Shown here in pieces: positions 13,901 through 25,902 of a stretch of DNA of 64,000 bases (its first letter is position 1; the number at the start of each line of letters is the position of its first letter). The stretch is from Blepharisma stoltei ATCC 30299 (Eukaryota; Protista; Ciliophora), in NCBI GenBank assembly GCA_965603825.1, contig CBFDEM010000013.1, positions 62,001 to 126,000 of the forward strand. Reading direction: 5' to 3'. Position numbers and translations under genes: made by a program. The notes beneath the pieces are model-generated. The model did no database searches, was not told the DNA's origin, and saw only the letters and a list, made by a program, of their open reading frames with translations.

Positions 13901-15921
13901 TGCCAGGAGAATGGGACGCAAAGGCAGACGACCTCAGAAAAATTGTGCTTTTAAGGTGTCTGAGGCCTGACAGAGTCATTTTTGCAGTAGTTATGTATGT
14001 TTCGAAATTCATGGGCCCTGAATATGTAGACCCTCCTGCGTTTAATCTTGATGAGGTCTATAAGGAATATTCCAAATCAAACCAGCCATTGCTATTTGTG
14101 CTGAGCCCTGGCGTTGACCCTGCTCCAGCTTTGAATATTCTTGCTAATGATAAAGGAAAACAGCTTGAAGTGATTCCGCTAGGAAGAGGCCAAGAAATGA
14201 AGTCAGAAAAAGCTATAAGTGACGCTGCAGAAAAAGGATATTGGGTTTTCCTAGCAAATTGCCATTTAGCAGTGTCGTGGATGCCAAGACTAGAAGAAAT
14301 CATAGAAGGGTTTAATAGGACCCAGCTTCATGAAGATTTCAGACTATGGCTTTCGTCAGACCCACATCCAAAGTTCCCTATTTCTGTACTACAGAGATGT
14401 GTAAAAATGACTACTGAGCCACCTAAAGGGATCCGTGCCAATATGCAGAGACTTTATAACCAAATTACGACGCAGCATTATAATAGAGTCACAGATCAGG
14501 CTAAATATAAGAAGCTGCTTTTCAGCTTATGCTGGTTCCACGCAATTTTAGTAGAAAGGAAAAAGTTCAAAAATATGGGCTGGAACGTAATGTATTCTTT
14601 TAATGACTCTGATTGGGAAGTCAGTGAAAACATCTTAGCAAGATATTTAGGCAATAGAGAAGAAGACGGTGAAAAATTAATGACTGAGGTAAAAAATGTC
14701 CCATGGGAAGCAATCCGTTATCTTATTGCAGAAATTTCATATGGAGGCAGAGTTACTGATGACAGAGATAGAAGACTCCTAATGGTTTATGCAGCTGAAT
14801 GTTTTGACCCTAAGATCTGTGAAAAAGGAAAATATAGACTGATAGAAAACTCACAGATTTATTATATCCCTGACCCTGAAGAAGTTAATTATAAGCCACC
14901 TCCTGATGTGACAAACCCAGCTTACTTCTATCAGAAATTCATCAAGGACTTCCCTATGGTTGACAAGCCTGAAGCCTTTGGACAGCATGTGAATGCACAG
15001 ATTGGGTCACAGATAGGGGATACTAGAGATTTATTAAATGCCATTATGCTACTATCGCCAAGTACTTCAAGATCAGGAAGTGAAAGCATTGAAACCACAG
15101 TCCTTACTATTTGTGCTGATTTATTAGAAAAAATCCCTGAGCCTATGAACTTAGAAGATATCAAAGATAGGTTCAAATTTGACAATTCTCCTATAAAAGT
15201 AGTCCTTATACAAGAAACTTCGCGCTACAACAAACTGTTAATCTATATCAGACATATGCTGAAGCAGCTAGAAAAAGGGATCCAAGGTCTTGTGGTTATT
15301 AGCGAAGAGCTTGAGCAAGTTATGATGAGTCTTTATCAGAACCAAATTCCTGAAAAATGGCAATTTGCTTATCCTTCTCACAAGCCATTAGCTTCTTGGG
15401 TGAGAGATTTAATAGAAAGAATTAAGCAGATCAAGACTTGGTCAGTTTCCCAAGCTCCAGTCATATTTTGGATTTCTGGCTTTACATATCCCACTGGTTT
15501 TACCACAGCTTTACTCCAACAAGCTGCAGCTGCCAAGCAGTGTTCAATTGATTCCTTATCCCTTGACTTTGCGATTATCCCAGGCGATGAAGCTTCTTTG
15601 ACGACTCCGCCCAGAGAAGGAGCTTACATTAAAGGTCTGTTCTTAGAAGGAGCCAAATGGAATGTAAATGATGGGTGTTTACTAGAGCCAGAGCCTATGG
15701 AGTTATACTGCCCAATGCCTGTTATTCATTTCAGACCAGTCAAAGAAAAAAAGAAAGGCAAAGGCGTCGTCTATAATTGTCCTTGCTACTATTTCTCTAC
15801 ACGTGAAGGGTCAAGAGAAAGGCCAAGCTTCATGTTTTATGTAGACCTAAAGTGCGGAGAACAAAATGCTGAATTTTGGATTAAACGAGGCACAGCGCTG
15901 CTAATGAATTTAGACTCTTAA
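1903..15921 (+). CDS. DNAH2: Axonemal dynein heavy chain, inner-arm I1/f beta (DNAH2-like), 4672 aa
   Basis: Track ORFs 1903, 3655 and 7900 share one frame and are separated only by TGA at 3313 and 7795. The gaps translate to conserved dynein sequence ([36 protein letters not shown]). P-loops GPAGTGKT, GAALSGKS, GGTGTGKT, GVGGSGRH; C-terminus WIKRGTALL. Subfamily assigned from recalled similarity. Confidence 0.93.
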
Positions 15922-15925
15922 ATAA

Positions 15926-16426
15926 TTATTCTTTATTTTTAATTTGCAAATTATTTGATTCTGCGTAAAATTTTGCATAGTCAATAAAATTATGGAGGAT
16001 TAAGCAGGCTGCAACTTGGTCGTTTAGCTTTTTATTTAGGCATAATTTTCAATCTGCCTGGCTTAGGATTGAGTTTGCTTCATGAGAAGTTAGTCGTTCG
16101 CTGACTCTTCCTAGGAGGAAATTATTTTGAAATAAAAAGGCGGAGATGTTTTTGATGTTTTTTACGTTTGGTGGTTCGCGTAATTGGTCGTCTAAGGGTC
16201 AGCCCACAATAATTGCGTTAGCGTCTTTGGCGATATCTAGAAGCAAGGAGGTAAATTTAGGATTTTTTCTATTGAGAGTGGTGATAGGCTTGACTGAGTC
16301 TTTTTTAAATAAACTGCTGGTCTCTCCAATGCCAATAAATGTGCTGCCGATGTCGAGGCCTAAAACTCTGATTTTTTCAAGCTTAAAAATCTTCTTTACA
16401 ATTTCACCTTTATTTGTATATATCAT
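15926..16426 (-). CDS. yqgF: YqgF/RuvX-family RNase H-fold nuclease (pre-16S rRNA nuclease-like), 166 aa
   Basis: With TGA=Trp at 16199 and 16049: VLGLDIGSTFIGIG...AIIVGWPL...VSERLTSHEA...NDQVAACLILHNF, ending TAA at 15926. All four YqgF motif blocks are in the expected order. Confidence 0.85.
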
Positions 16427-16486
16427 TATAATTTTTGATTATTTAAATAATTAGGAAATTTTGTTAAAATATTATTAAATTTCCAC

Positions 16487-19400
16487 CTATTCCAAGATGT
16501 AAATTATATTTTGATTTTTATCTTTTTCACATACAATTAAATAGTCTTGAAGCAGTGAAAGCATGGCAAAGCCGGATTTTATAATCGGTACCTTAGGGTT
16601 TCTTTTAAAAGGCTCAAAAATCATAAATTGGTCATCTGATGAAGCTAATATAAAGTCCCCTGAATTTTCAATTTCAATATTCCTAATGGTATTTGTTATA
16701 AAACCTTCAGGCTGCTCTATGTCAATTTCAGTGTGGTTAATTGTAAATAGCTTGATCCCATCACTTCCGGCAGTTGCAAGTAGCCCATAATCATTAAAAC
16801 CTATTGAATAAATTTCAGCTGCAAAAACAATTTTTTTCAAAATATCGAGGTTCCTTAAATTGTAAAAAATTACTGTGCTATCTTGACTAAAAGATATTAA
16901 GGCTTGATATTCTTCAGAAATTTTAAGCTGCTTTATAGGACTAATATGGCCTGTCAGTATAGATTTTTTTGAAATTATAATATCAGTAAACGCTGATGCT
17001 AATTTTCAACATATAATAGACGTATCAAGACTTCCTGTAAATAGCTGAGTTTCTGTGGCCACAATCGCTGAGACTGTACCAACATGATAGCTTAAAGAGC
17101 CCAATAAATTTCCATCAGGACTATGAAGCTTAATTGTATTGTCAGCATAACACCCAGATATTATAATTTCTTCTTTAAGTATTAAATAAGGACTGTAATT
17201 ATGGCAGGTGTCATCATATAAGTATTTTGTATCTTTAAGCTCAATAAATTCTTTATTAGAAAATTCTATTTTTGAATCCCTTAGTTTAAATCTCTTCATT
17301 TTAATCGAGATTTTGTCATGCACTATAACAATAAAATATCCTTGCGATATCAACATTGCTAGTACCTTTTCATAAACTATTAAGTGATCTATTTCACTGT
17401 AATTTCAAATGCTTCTCACTCTTTCTAGATCAATAGATCTTGGTTCATCTTTTTTCTCCTTCTTAGGATGCTCCCCTTTAAATAGCTTTATTGGAGTTTG
17501 CCCAAAATGAATGGCTTGCTGGATGACTGAGTTGACAAAATCTGGATCTTGAGAATTTTTTACAATTTTGACGAAATTTTCTTCATAAGTGGTAGGAAAA
17601 TAGACATTATAAGCTTTTTTAGCATTTTCTCCGCTCTGCTTATATCCAAAAATAAGATCAATCCATTGGGACAAATTTTTATTAACATGGAAAGATTCCA
17701 ACGCTTTTCTACTTTTTCTGACTAAGTCAAAATGATTCTTTGCCCATCTCGGGAGTTCTAAGTCTCCCACTCCCTTCCCATCTTGCCTTATTCCAAAATT
17801 CTCATGATTTATATTCATAAGGACTTCTGGTATATAAAATAATTCTGGAATCAGCTCTTTTACGTCCCCTGATGAAGAATTTATACATGTCCAAGCAGTT
17901 TTCATAGAAAAAAATTGACGATCTGGAACGTCAAATTTTCCTCCATGGAGCTGCTTAGCTTGCTCTGTAAAAGGCTCCATTCTTTGTAAATAATGCAAAA
18001 CTAGCCCACCGTTAGAATAATGTGAACCATAATGAAATGGGGCCATACCAGACTCAGCGCATAAATCATATCTTTTTTGTAGGTCATTAATTCTTTCTGC
18101 GTTTTGTGCTCCAACAGGGCACTCTAAATTCCTGTAATTTTCTTTTTTTTTGAGATCAAGGACGTCATTTTCCCATTCTTTAATTATCCAAGGAAATACT
18201 GGATATTGACTTAAATCATGAAAAGATCTGCTTGCAAACTTATTGAGGATCATTAAATAATGGAAATTGCTGATTTTTCCTAATTTCCATGATGTTCTGA
18301 AATTTAGAATCTCTTTTGATGGGCGTTTCCCATATACAGAAATATTATGAGACCTCAGATTTATTGTAAAATAATTTAATAGTTCTTTTCTTTGGCTTGC
18401 ATAGTTTTCTTCAGTCAGTTCAAAATAAATGGATTTTCCTGATTTTAAAAAAATTTCAATAGCGCTGTGGCGATGTACAAATCTTCTTGCAAAAATTTCA
18501 GTAATTTCACTGATTTTCCATAGTCTTATTTCTTTTTTTGTGCCCTGTAAATTATGAGTTGGCGATTCAACTGAATGTTTCCTATCATTTTTTATTATAA
18601 AAATCACATACTCTTGGTTCACTTCAATGAACCCATGATTTACCCCTTGAATTTTGATCCTTTTACATTCAAACTTTATCGTTTTTTCTACAGATGTTAG
18701 AGAATACCCTTCTTCTGCATTTTCTCCTTTAATTTCTTCATAATTGCTGCCAGACTCATCAGTTGGGTCCTCAGAATTTTCTTTTTCGTCATTTGAAATG
18801 TTAAATAAAGTATTATTTAATTGGTTCAAAAAATCTGAATAATTTTTAGAAGTTTGTTTTGGGCTGTCACTGTCTAGATTTAAATTTTGAGATAATTCAT
18901 CACAAAAAGTACTTTTTAAAATTTGGGGACTAGTTTGAGGATCTTTTCGTTTGGTTCATTCTTTTAGAAATGGGGTTCTTCCGAGCTTATCGAATTGGAA
19001 GGTTATTCCGTATTTCTGCGATGAGCTGTTTGGGTTGTTAAATAGCAATTTCGATGTTTTCATTATAGATTTGTAAAGCTTTTTGTGCCAAAGAGAGTTA
19101 TATTCATTGGTTTGGCAATATTTTGTATAAGCTGATCTTATTTCTTCTTTCAATTTGTAGTTATTTAGCTTGATTTTTTCTACTCCAGGCGCTTTTACTA
19201 AATCAACCTGACACACTGCGTTATTTTTTATTTCTGCAATTGTATTTTTCTTTGGTGATTTCCCTTCTAATTCATAAATATCTTCTTTTAACAAAGGATC
19301 AGCTCCAGCATCACGAAAAATTGGAGTGAAAAATGATTTCTTTGGCGATTTAACTTCTAATTCATAAATCTCTTCCTTTAAAAAAGGATTAGTTCCAGCA

Positions 19401-22400
19401 TCACGATAAACTGGAGTTAAAAATGATATCAAATTAATTCTCATTGATGTAAAAACTACTAAAAACGAGTGGATATTTTCGACTCATTCTTGTGAGAGCA
19501 AAGAACTTTTTAATAAATCTAAAAAATTTGCATTTTTTTGGTTTTTCATTAATTTCTCTTTTGACATGTATATGGCAGTAAATTTCAGCTGGTCTAGCTG
19601 TGATTCTGTAGATAGCGCTATAGTAGGGTTCTCTTTTCTGTGCTTTCGTTCAAGCCAGTAATCATGCAGCCATAGCTCTGAAGTGCAGTAAAACTTAGAA
19701 AAATCATTTTTAATTTCTGAGAAAGAGTCCATTGAGCTATTAGTGCTAATTTTTTTTAGCATTTTAAAAATATTGAATTCTTCAATAAAGCGTGATAAAA
19801 ATATCAAAATATTGCTGGAATTATCTTGATGCTTAAGAATAATTGATGTGCATTCAGTTAATATATATAGTGCTGTAAAATCAAAAAAATCCATTTTTTT
19901 TTGTAATTTCACTTGTTTCAGCTCCTCATGTAAATCGGAAAGTATTTTGCATCTTTTCGTCACAATTTTTTTTAGCTTTGTGAATTTTCCTTTTCATTTC
20001 TTGACTAAAGATTCCAAAATTTCAATAATTTCCAAATCATTGGGATTAATATAAAGATAAGTAAATATAAATCTTAGAATATATCGCACATACCCGCCAT
20101 TTCTCAAACAAATTCATTTTGAAGGATAATTTATGGGTGATATTGAATCTAAAAGCGAATTTAATTCAGGTAAATCAACAAAAATAAATTCAGGGTAGGA
20201 AATTCTGTGAAATTTTGCAATTTTTGTTGCAAATCCTGATATTTCTTTTATAAGATTTTTAAATTTATCACAATCAATATAGCTAATATTGACAAAATGA
20301 GGGTTTAATAAATCTTCTAAAACACTTAAAAACTCGAAAAATCATTCCTCACTATTTTTGAAGCTTTCTTTCATTTTTTCCAGCAGACAGTTCAAAAAAT
20401 CAAATATTTCGTTATAATTTATGTTCCCAACTCCAATTAAGAACTCTCTAAGCTTGCAAAAATTTGTTAATTTAGCATTTTTAGAGAAAATTGCTAGCAC
20501 AAATCTATTAAGGCTCGAAATAACTTGGCATAGCTCATCATTTCCTGCACATATCTTATAAGCATCAATTACTCATTTAGGGAAATTCGCACTATCATGC
20601 AAATAGGGACTATAGTTTATATTTGCTTCGACTTTTTCAATCAATAATTCAAATATATTCTTAAGATACAGTTCTCCCAAATCTTCTGATTTTTCGACTT
20701 GATTATTCTCTGCATCCGGACTTACGTCATTTACTCTAATTTCCTTTTTTCATATCAGATACGATATTCTATCAGTCAAAATATTTATAAGTGAATTCAA
20801 TTTTCTCCTAATTTCAGGCAAAGTGGCTTGAATTGTTCCATCAAATTCTTTATTTTTCATTTCTTTTTCCAGTATGAAAAGGATTGGATATATATTATTC
20901 CAATGTAAATATTTTTTAAGACTTTTGCATAATTTCTTAATTCTTCTTTTTACATCTTCCCAGTCATGGTGGAAATTTATCAGTCTTCTATTCATATTGT
21001 CAAATTCCCACATACAAGGAATAAAATTAAAAATCAATTTTATCGCTAACATTCCTGCATTTTTCTGAATTATAGGGTTCTCTTTTTGTTCTTTAAATAA
21101 AATTAAAGCCCTCTTAAATAGTTCATCAATTTCGTCATCTTTGCATTTTAAAGAAAAATAGGCTTCAAGACAATAGTTTATAAGCACTTCTTCAGCTTCT
21201 TTTTCGATCATCATTAGGATTATTTTAATGATGACGTGAGCTTGGATTGTGATCTCATTTTGATATTTTTTTGAGCTTTTAGGAGTTTTTGGCTCATTTA
21301 TATCGCTTGTTTCATTGTCTTCACAATGAAGCTTTTTAAAGATTTCTTGCATAATTTTGGAGATAAGCTTGTAGGGTTCTTCATTAAATTTTTCTTTTAT
21401 GTTGATGTCTTTGAATACGATATCTTTTATTGTATTTACAACAAAAAAAATTTTAAAAATTTCTTCTTTTTGGTTGAATAAAATTGATATGTGTTTTGAT
21501 AAGAAATCAAGGTATTCTCTCAAAAGGCTGAATGGGAGGCTTTTTCAGATTCCTTTATTTAAAAATATAGAGTTCATTGCTCTGGACTGTAAAGAATCTG
21601 TGAAATTTTCCTGCTCAGAACTGTTTTCTAGATTAACGATAATATCTTCACATCTATCCAAAAATTCTTTATTCGGGATAAGATTTTTTTCTTCTAAGGC
21701 TGCACCTAAAATCTCAAAAAAATTGGGCGAAAGTGCTTCATCAAGATAATTCTTTACTTGACATATAGCCCCAATGATACTTAAAATATAAACAATTCCT
21801 TCTAAGCTGCATTGATTAATTAAAGGAATCCAAATATCAAGTCCTCCACTAAGTGCTAACGCATCAACTATTGTTGAGAAAACTACTCTTTGATACCCCT
21901 TCTCATTTTTAATAGCAATATTCATATCAGACTCAAAATATTTGTAATATTTTTCCCATTTTCATGATGATTCCCACTTGAAAACAATGGAATCTATAAT
22001 TTCTTTCAGCATAAGTTTGTTTCCGATAGAATCATAATTGCATCTCAAAGTTAATTTATTGCTAAATTCTGAAATTCTATCATAATAAGGCTGATTAAAA
22101 AATTTTTTGAAAAGGTAAACTGAACCAATTCTTCCCCGGAATAAAAAATAAGGAGAAATTTCACTATTCAGAAAATTGTTATCAAAACTTTCAGTTGGTC
22201 CTCCTATACAAAGATTTTTAAAATTTCCTTCAGGATAGAAATATGATTGCGTTTCATAATGAGGATCCCAGCTTCCATTTTTATACATTATCAAGTACTC
22301 TGCTTTGTCTTTTCCCTTTCCTCTTCTTATAGAAATCCCTATACAATTTCACTGATTATTAATAATTGCCCCATTTTTACCTTGCAATGTCTTATTCTTC

Positions 22401-23182
22401 GAGTATTTAATATTGATAGACAAATTGCTTGTCAAAAAAATAGAAAATTTTGCAGGTCCATTTGGAAATTCTGAAAAATCAGCAATAAACGCTTCTTTTA
22501 TGCTAGGGCCTGGTTTTATTTTTTCAGGAAAAATCCATATAAGGAAACTAAATTCTTTTTGATTCACAAAAAATGAGTTGTCGTCTCCAATTCGACAAAA
22601 TTTAGCACCTACCTCATTTTCATCATTTCTTTTTTTTCTCCCAACACTTTCTGTGTCAGCTTCACTAAACTTGCTCTCTTCAATAAGTTTACTCTCTTCA
22701 CTAAGCTTGCTCTCTTCACTTTGATTAATTTGAAGATTTTTATCTAAAATCGCCTCTTCACTTTGGCTACTTTGAAGATTTTTATCTAGAAATGTCTTTT
22801 CACTTGAACTGCATTTTCCATCAAAATAAAAATAACTGTTGGCTCTTGTAAACAGAATTTTTTCTCTCTTGTTGATCTGTCCACACTCTAACTCAAAGTA
22901 AAGTTTAAGTCCTTGGTCTAGTGACTGTAAGATGCTTTCCTGAATTTTAGGTCTATTGGAATAGGTTTGAATTAAATATAAAAGAGTTTTTAGCTCTTTA
23001 GGTGAAATATTAATTGCCAAGGACAAATACAATTTTTTCAGTTTATTTGGTGAAGGGTCGCTTCTTAATCGATTGATTATTTTTTCTAAGTTTTTCAAAG
23101 GATTAAAAAGTGGCTTATCTTTTTTTATAAGGGCTTGAGAATCAATCTCAGAGTTCTCTTCAAGAGTTTCGTTAAAACTCAT
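16487..23182 (-). CDS. BEACH-domain protein (ConA-like / PH / BEACH / WD40; neurobeachin-LYST family), 2231 aa
   Basis: Nine track ORFs share one frame. I read every gap and found only TGA (12 in total), no TAA/TAG. BEACH motifs ISNFHYLMILN, RSFHDLSQYPVFPW, HYGSHYS, KELIPELFY, WIDLIFGYKQ, FGQTP; C-terminal WD40 (SLDTSIICW). Stop is TAG. Confidence 0.92.
19245..19427 (-). repeat. Intragenic 90-bp (30-aa) tandem duplication in the BEACH gene
   Basis: FLTPVYRDAGTNPFLKEEIYELEVKSPKKS followed by FFTPIFRDAGADPLLKEDIYELEGKSPKKN. Boundaries approximate. Confidence 0.85.
22660..22795 (-). repeat. Short coding repeats in the BEACH N-terminus (DKNLQ..QSEE x2; EESK[L/F] x3)
   Basis: Visible in the translation LDKNLQSSQSEEAILDKNLQINQSEESKLSEESKLIEESKFSE. 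Boundaries approximate. Confidence 0.7.
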
Positions 23183-23243
23183 TTTTATAGTGATGCAATA
23201 TTTTAAACATTTTTAATGTGGGCCATTAGGTCTATATATGAGA

Positions 23244-23777
23244 TTATTGATAATTATAAATTAAAAAGAAAAATGCATTTTCTATATTTTTACCAGATAC
23301 AGTAGAGGTTTCAAGAAATAAAAAATTCCTTGCATCTGCAAATTCTTTTCCTTCATCGTAAGACACTTCTCTTTTGTCTTCTAAATCACATTTATTTCCT
23401 ATCAGCATATAAATAATATTTTTACTTGTTGGATAATTCTTAAGCTCTTCTCATTTAGTATATAATCATGCTAAACTTTCTCTATTGGTTACGTCATAAA
23501 AAAGGAAGCAAATCTTCATCTTTTCGAAAATTTTTTGGATAACTTTTTGGAATTTTATATTGCAAACTGTATATCATAACAGAATATCTATTTTTCTATT
23601 ATTAATACATTTTTTTAAAATTGTCATTTCCATCCCAAGTGCTGAAAATGATTGTGTCTCTTGATATCCAAATTTTAAGCCTGAAATGAATGACTTTTTC
23701 CCAACATTTTCAGTTCCAATAATTAAACAGCTAGATTTGGCTTCTTCTTGATTAGGATTTTTGTTTCCTCTTTTCAT
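23244..23777 (-). CDS. Divergent Rab-like small GTPase (degenerate G1/G3, no prenylation motif), 177 aa
   Basis: TGA=Trp at 23574, 23466 and 23451. Motifs GTENVGKKS, LLWYTVCN, FYDVTNRES, IGNKCDLEDKREVS, FLETST; TAA at 23244. Confidence 0.8.
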
Positions 23778-23883
23778 TTTATATTTTTATAAGATTTGTA
23801 TCAAAAATGAATTTTATTTATCATTCTTGTGTTTAATTTATAAAAACCCACAATCATATTGAAATTAATAATCTCGCCTATCA

Positions 23884-24546
23884 ATGGATACAGTTAAAGT
23901 CTACATCGATTGATATTCTCAACCATCTCGTGCTGTAGCTGCATTGTGCCTACTCGCCAACATTCCTCACGAAATCATTGAAACTCAGCTTTTCCGTGGA
24001 GACACCCGCACAAAAGAATTCCAAGCCATTTCTCCTCCAATGACAGTTCCAGCCATAGTTCATCAAGAAATGCCTCTTTATGAAAGTCATGCAATTTTAA
24101 CCTATTTATCAACAGCTTTTAACGTCGCTGACCATTGGTACCCAAAAGACCCAAAACAGCGGGCAAATGTTGACGCTTATTTACATTGGCATCATGGGAA
24201 TATCCGGTATGGATGTGCAGGGTATCTTTACAGGAAAATAATTAAGCCAAGACTTACAGGTCGGCAAATAACCCCTGAAATGGAAAAACAAATGCTAGCA
24301 ATTCAGCATAAATCTTTGAAATATGTGGACGAAATTTTAATGAATAATCATTATGTTGCGAAAACGAAAGAAATGTCTATTGCTGATATTTCTTGTTATT
24401 GCGAAATAATGCAGCTGCATTTGATTGATTTTGAATATAGACAGTATCCGTTTATAGTGAGGTGGATGAGAGAAATCGGGGAAATCCCAGAAGTAAAATT
24501 GGTACATCAAAGATTAATGAAAATGGTGCAAAAACCTAAGCTTTAA
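23884..24546 (+). CDS. Glutathione S-transferase, theta class, 220 aa
   Basis: ATG 23884 gives MDTVKVYIDW(TGA 23911)YSQPSRAV. Also LYESHAILTYL, WYPKDPKQRANVDAYLHWHH and SIADI. Confidence 0.9.
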
Positions 24547-24619
24547 ATAATTAAAATTAGCATTTTCTTTTTAAAACTCAGGACACTCAAAAATTATTAA
24601 AACAATTGGTAATATATAA

Positions 24620-25585
24620 TTAGTATTTCGACCTCCTTTTCCTTGGAAGCCAGGTATATTCTTCATCTTCTTTTTGTGCTTGTTCAATCTCTTTCGCCAC
24701 GCTATAATCTTTTTTCATGACCGCATAGGCTTTTCTTATTTTTTCTTCTATTCCTCTTAAATATCTCGGATGTGGAACCATTGATTTTTGTCCTCATTTA
24801 ATCTGACCCAATTCCTTTGTCAAGCAAATCACATGATGGCTCTTCATAGCACTCCTACAATAAGAAATTTGTCCACATCTTTCGCAGGTCGATTTTTTCA
24901 TTGAGCAATGGATCTTGAATTTTCTATAGGTATGGAATGTGTCGCCGCAGCTGCATTTATAGAAGTCTACGTTTCTTTCTCTATCTATAGCATCAGTTAT
25001 GACGTTTTGCGTGCTATCCCCTGATGAACTTGTTAAAGAATCACTGTCACTTAAATTAAAATGTTTTCTAAAAGCTTTTTCTGAGGCTTTTTTGACGCCT
25101 TCTTCTTTTTTTATCTTGGGAGAGTCATCTCCTGATGAATTTTCTGAATCAGGAGGTTCAGAATAGGGATCGCTACTACCTTGAGAAGCTTCAGAATTTG
25201 AGTTTTCCGAACAGTATTCTTCTTCATTTTCTGGCAGATCTAGTTCTAGAGACTTTGGCGCTTTCTTTTTGGATTTTTTGGCATCTGATTTTACATATAC
25301 TAATCCCTTATTTGGAACTTCATATTCTAATATTTCAGTATAATTTTTTGGATTTGATTTTTGAGGAGCTTTTTTATTAGGTTTTTGATGATTTTTTGTG
25401 TGTGCTGGGATCAAGGCAAAGTTAAGCTCATCATTGCAAGTGTCACATCGATAGAAATCTTGATATATTCGCCTGAAAGTGAATCCTCGTAAGGTAAATT
25501 CCTCTTTGGAAAGGTCTCTAATTACTTTAAAGGTAGAATTTTTTTTTGAAGCTTGTTTTTCTGAGTTGGCTGCAGCTGAATTCAT
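24620..25585 (-). CDS. Zinc-finger (C2H2/C2HC-like) protein with acidic Ser-rich linker, paralog A, 321 aa
   Basis: ATG 25585 matches the paralog start. CDTC-x11-H-x3-H, CSC..H.C and CERC..H..C. TGA=Trp at 24794. Ends EYTWLPRKRRSKY-TAA. Confidence 0.8.
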
Positions 25586-25614
25586 TATAGCCCCTCTAAA
25601 TTTAATTGGGGATT
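25586..25614 (-). promoter_or_regulatory. 29-nt element immediately upstream of the paralog A ATG, identical in paralog B
   Basis: Sense AATCCCCAATTAAATTTAGAGGGGCTATA-ATG, identical at 26860-26888. Function is inferred only. Confidence 0.5.
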
Positions 25615-25902
25615 TCGCTTTAATCCATATATATTTTATGACTGCATTGTAGAGCTGATCCAACAATAATTTAAATAATTATTTAAATTTGTTAAATTAA
25701 TAATATTTAGATATTATTTTGAAAATCAAGTAAATTGCTTTATAGATTCTTGAGAAAATCAACAATGCGCTATTAAACAAAAAACTGTCAAAAAATATTA
25801 TCCTTAAATTCCAATTTCCGTTTGATTTAAAAAGTCGCCCTTAAAGGCGATACTCAAGCTAAAATTATGATTTTTGAGATTTAATTTAAAAATGCATGAT
25901 AA

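Noticed and set aside
15926-16426. Bacterial contamination or chimeric assembly at yqgF
   Set aside because: AT content and TGA-Trp usage match the neighbours, the gene is seamlessly packed between eukaryotic genes, and no other bacterial genes are present.
23182-23244. Fusion of the Rab-like ORF to the BEACH ORF via an intron
   Set aside because: There are in-frame stops, a different reading frame and no suitable 15-16-nt GT..AG in the gap.
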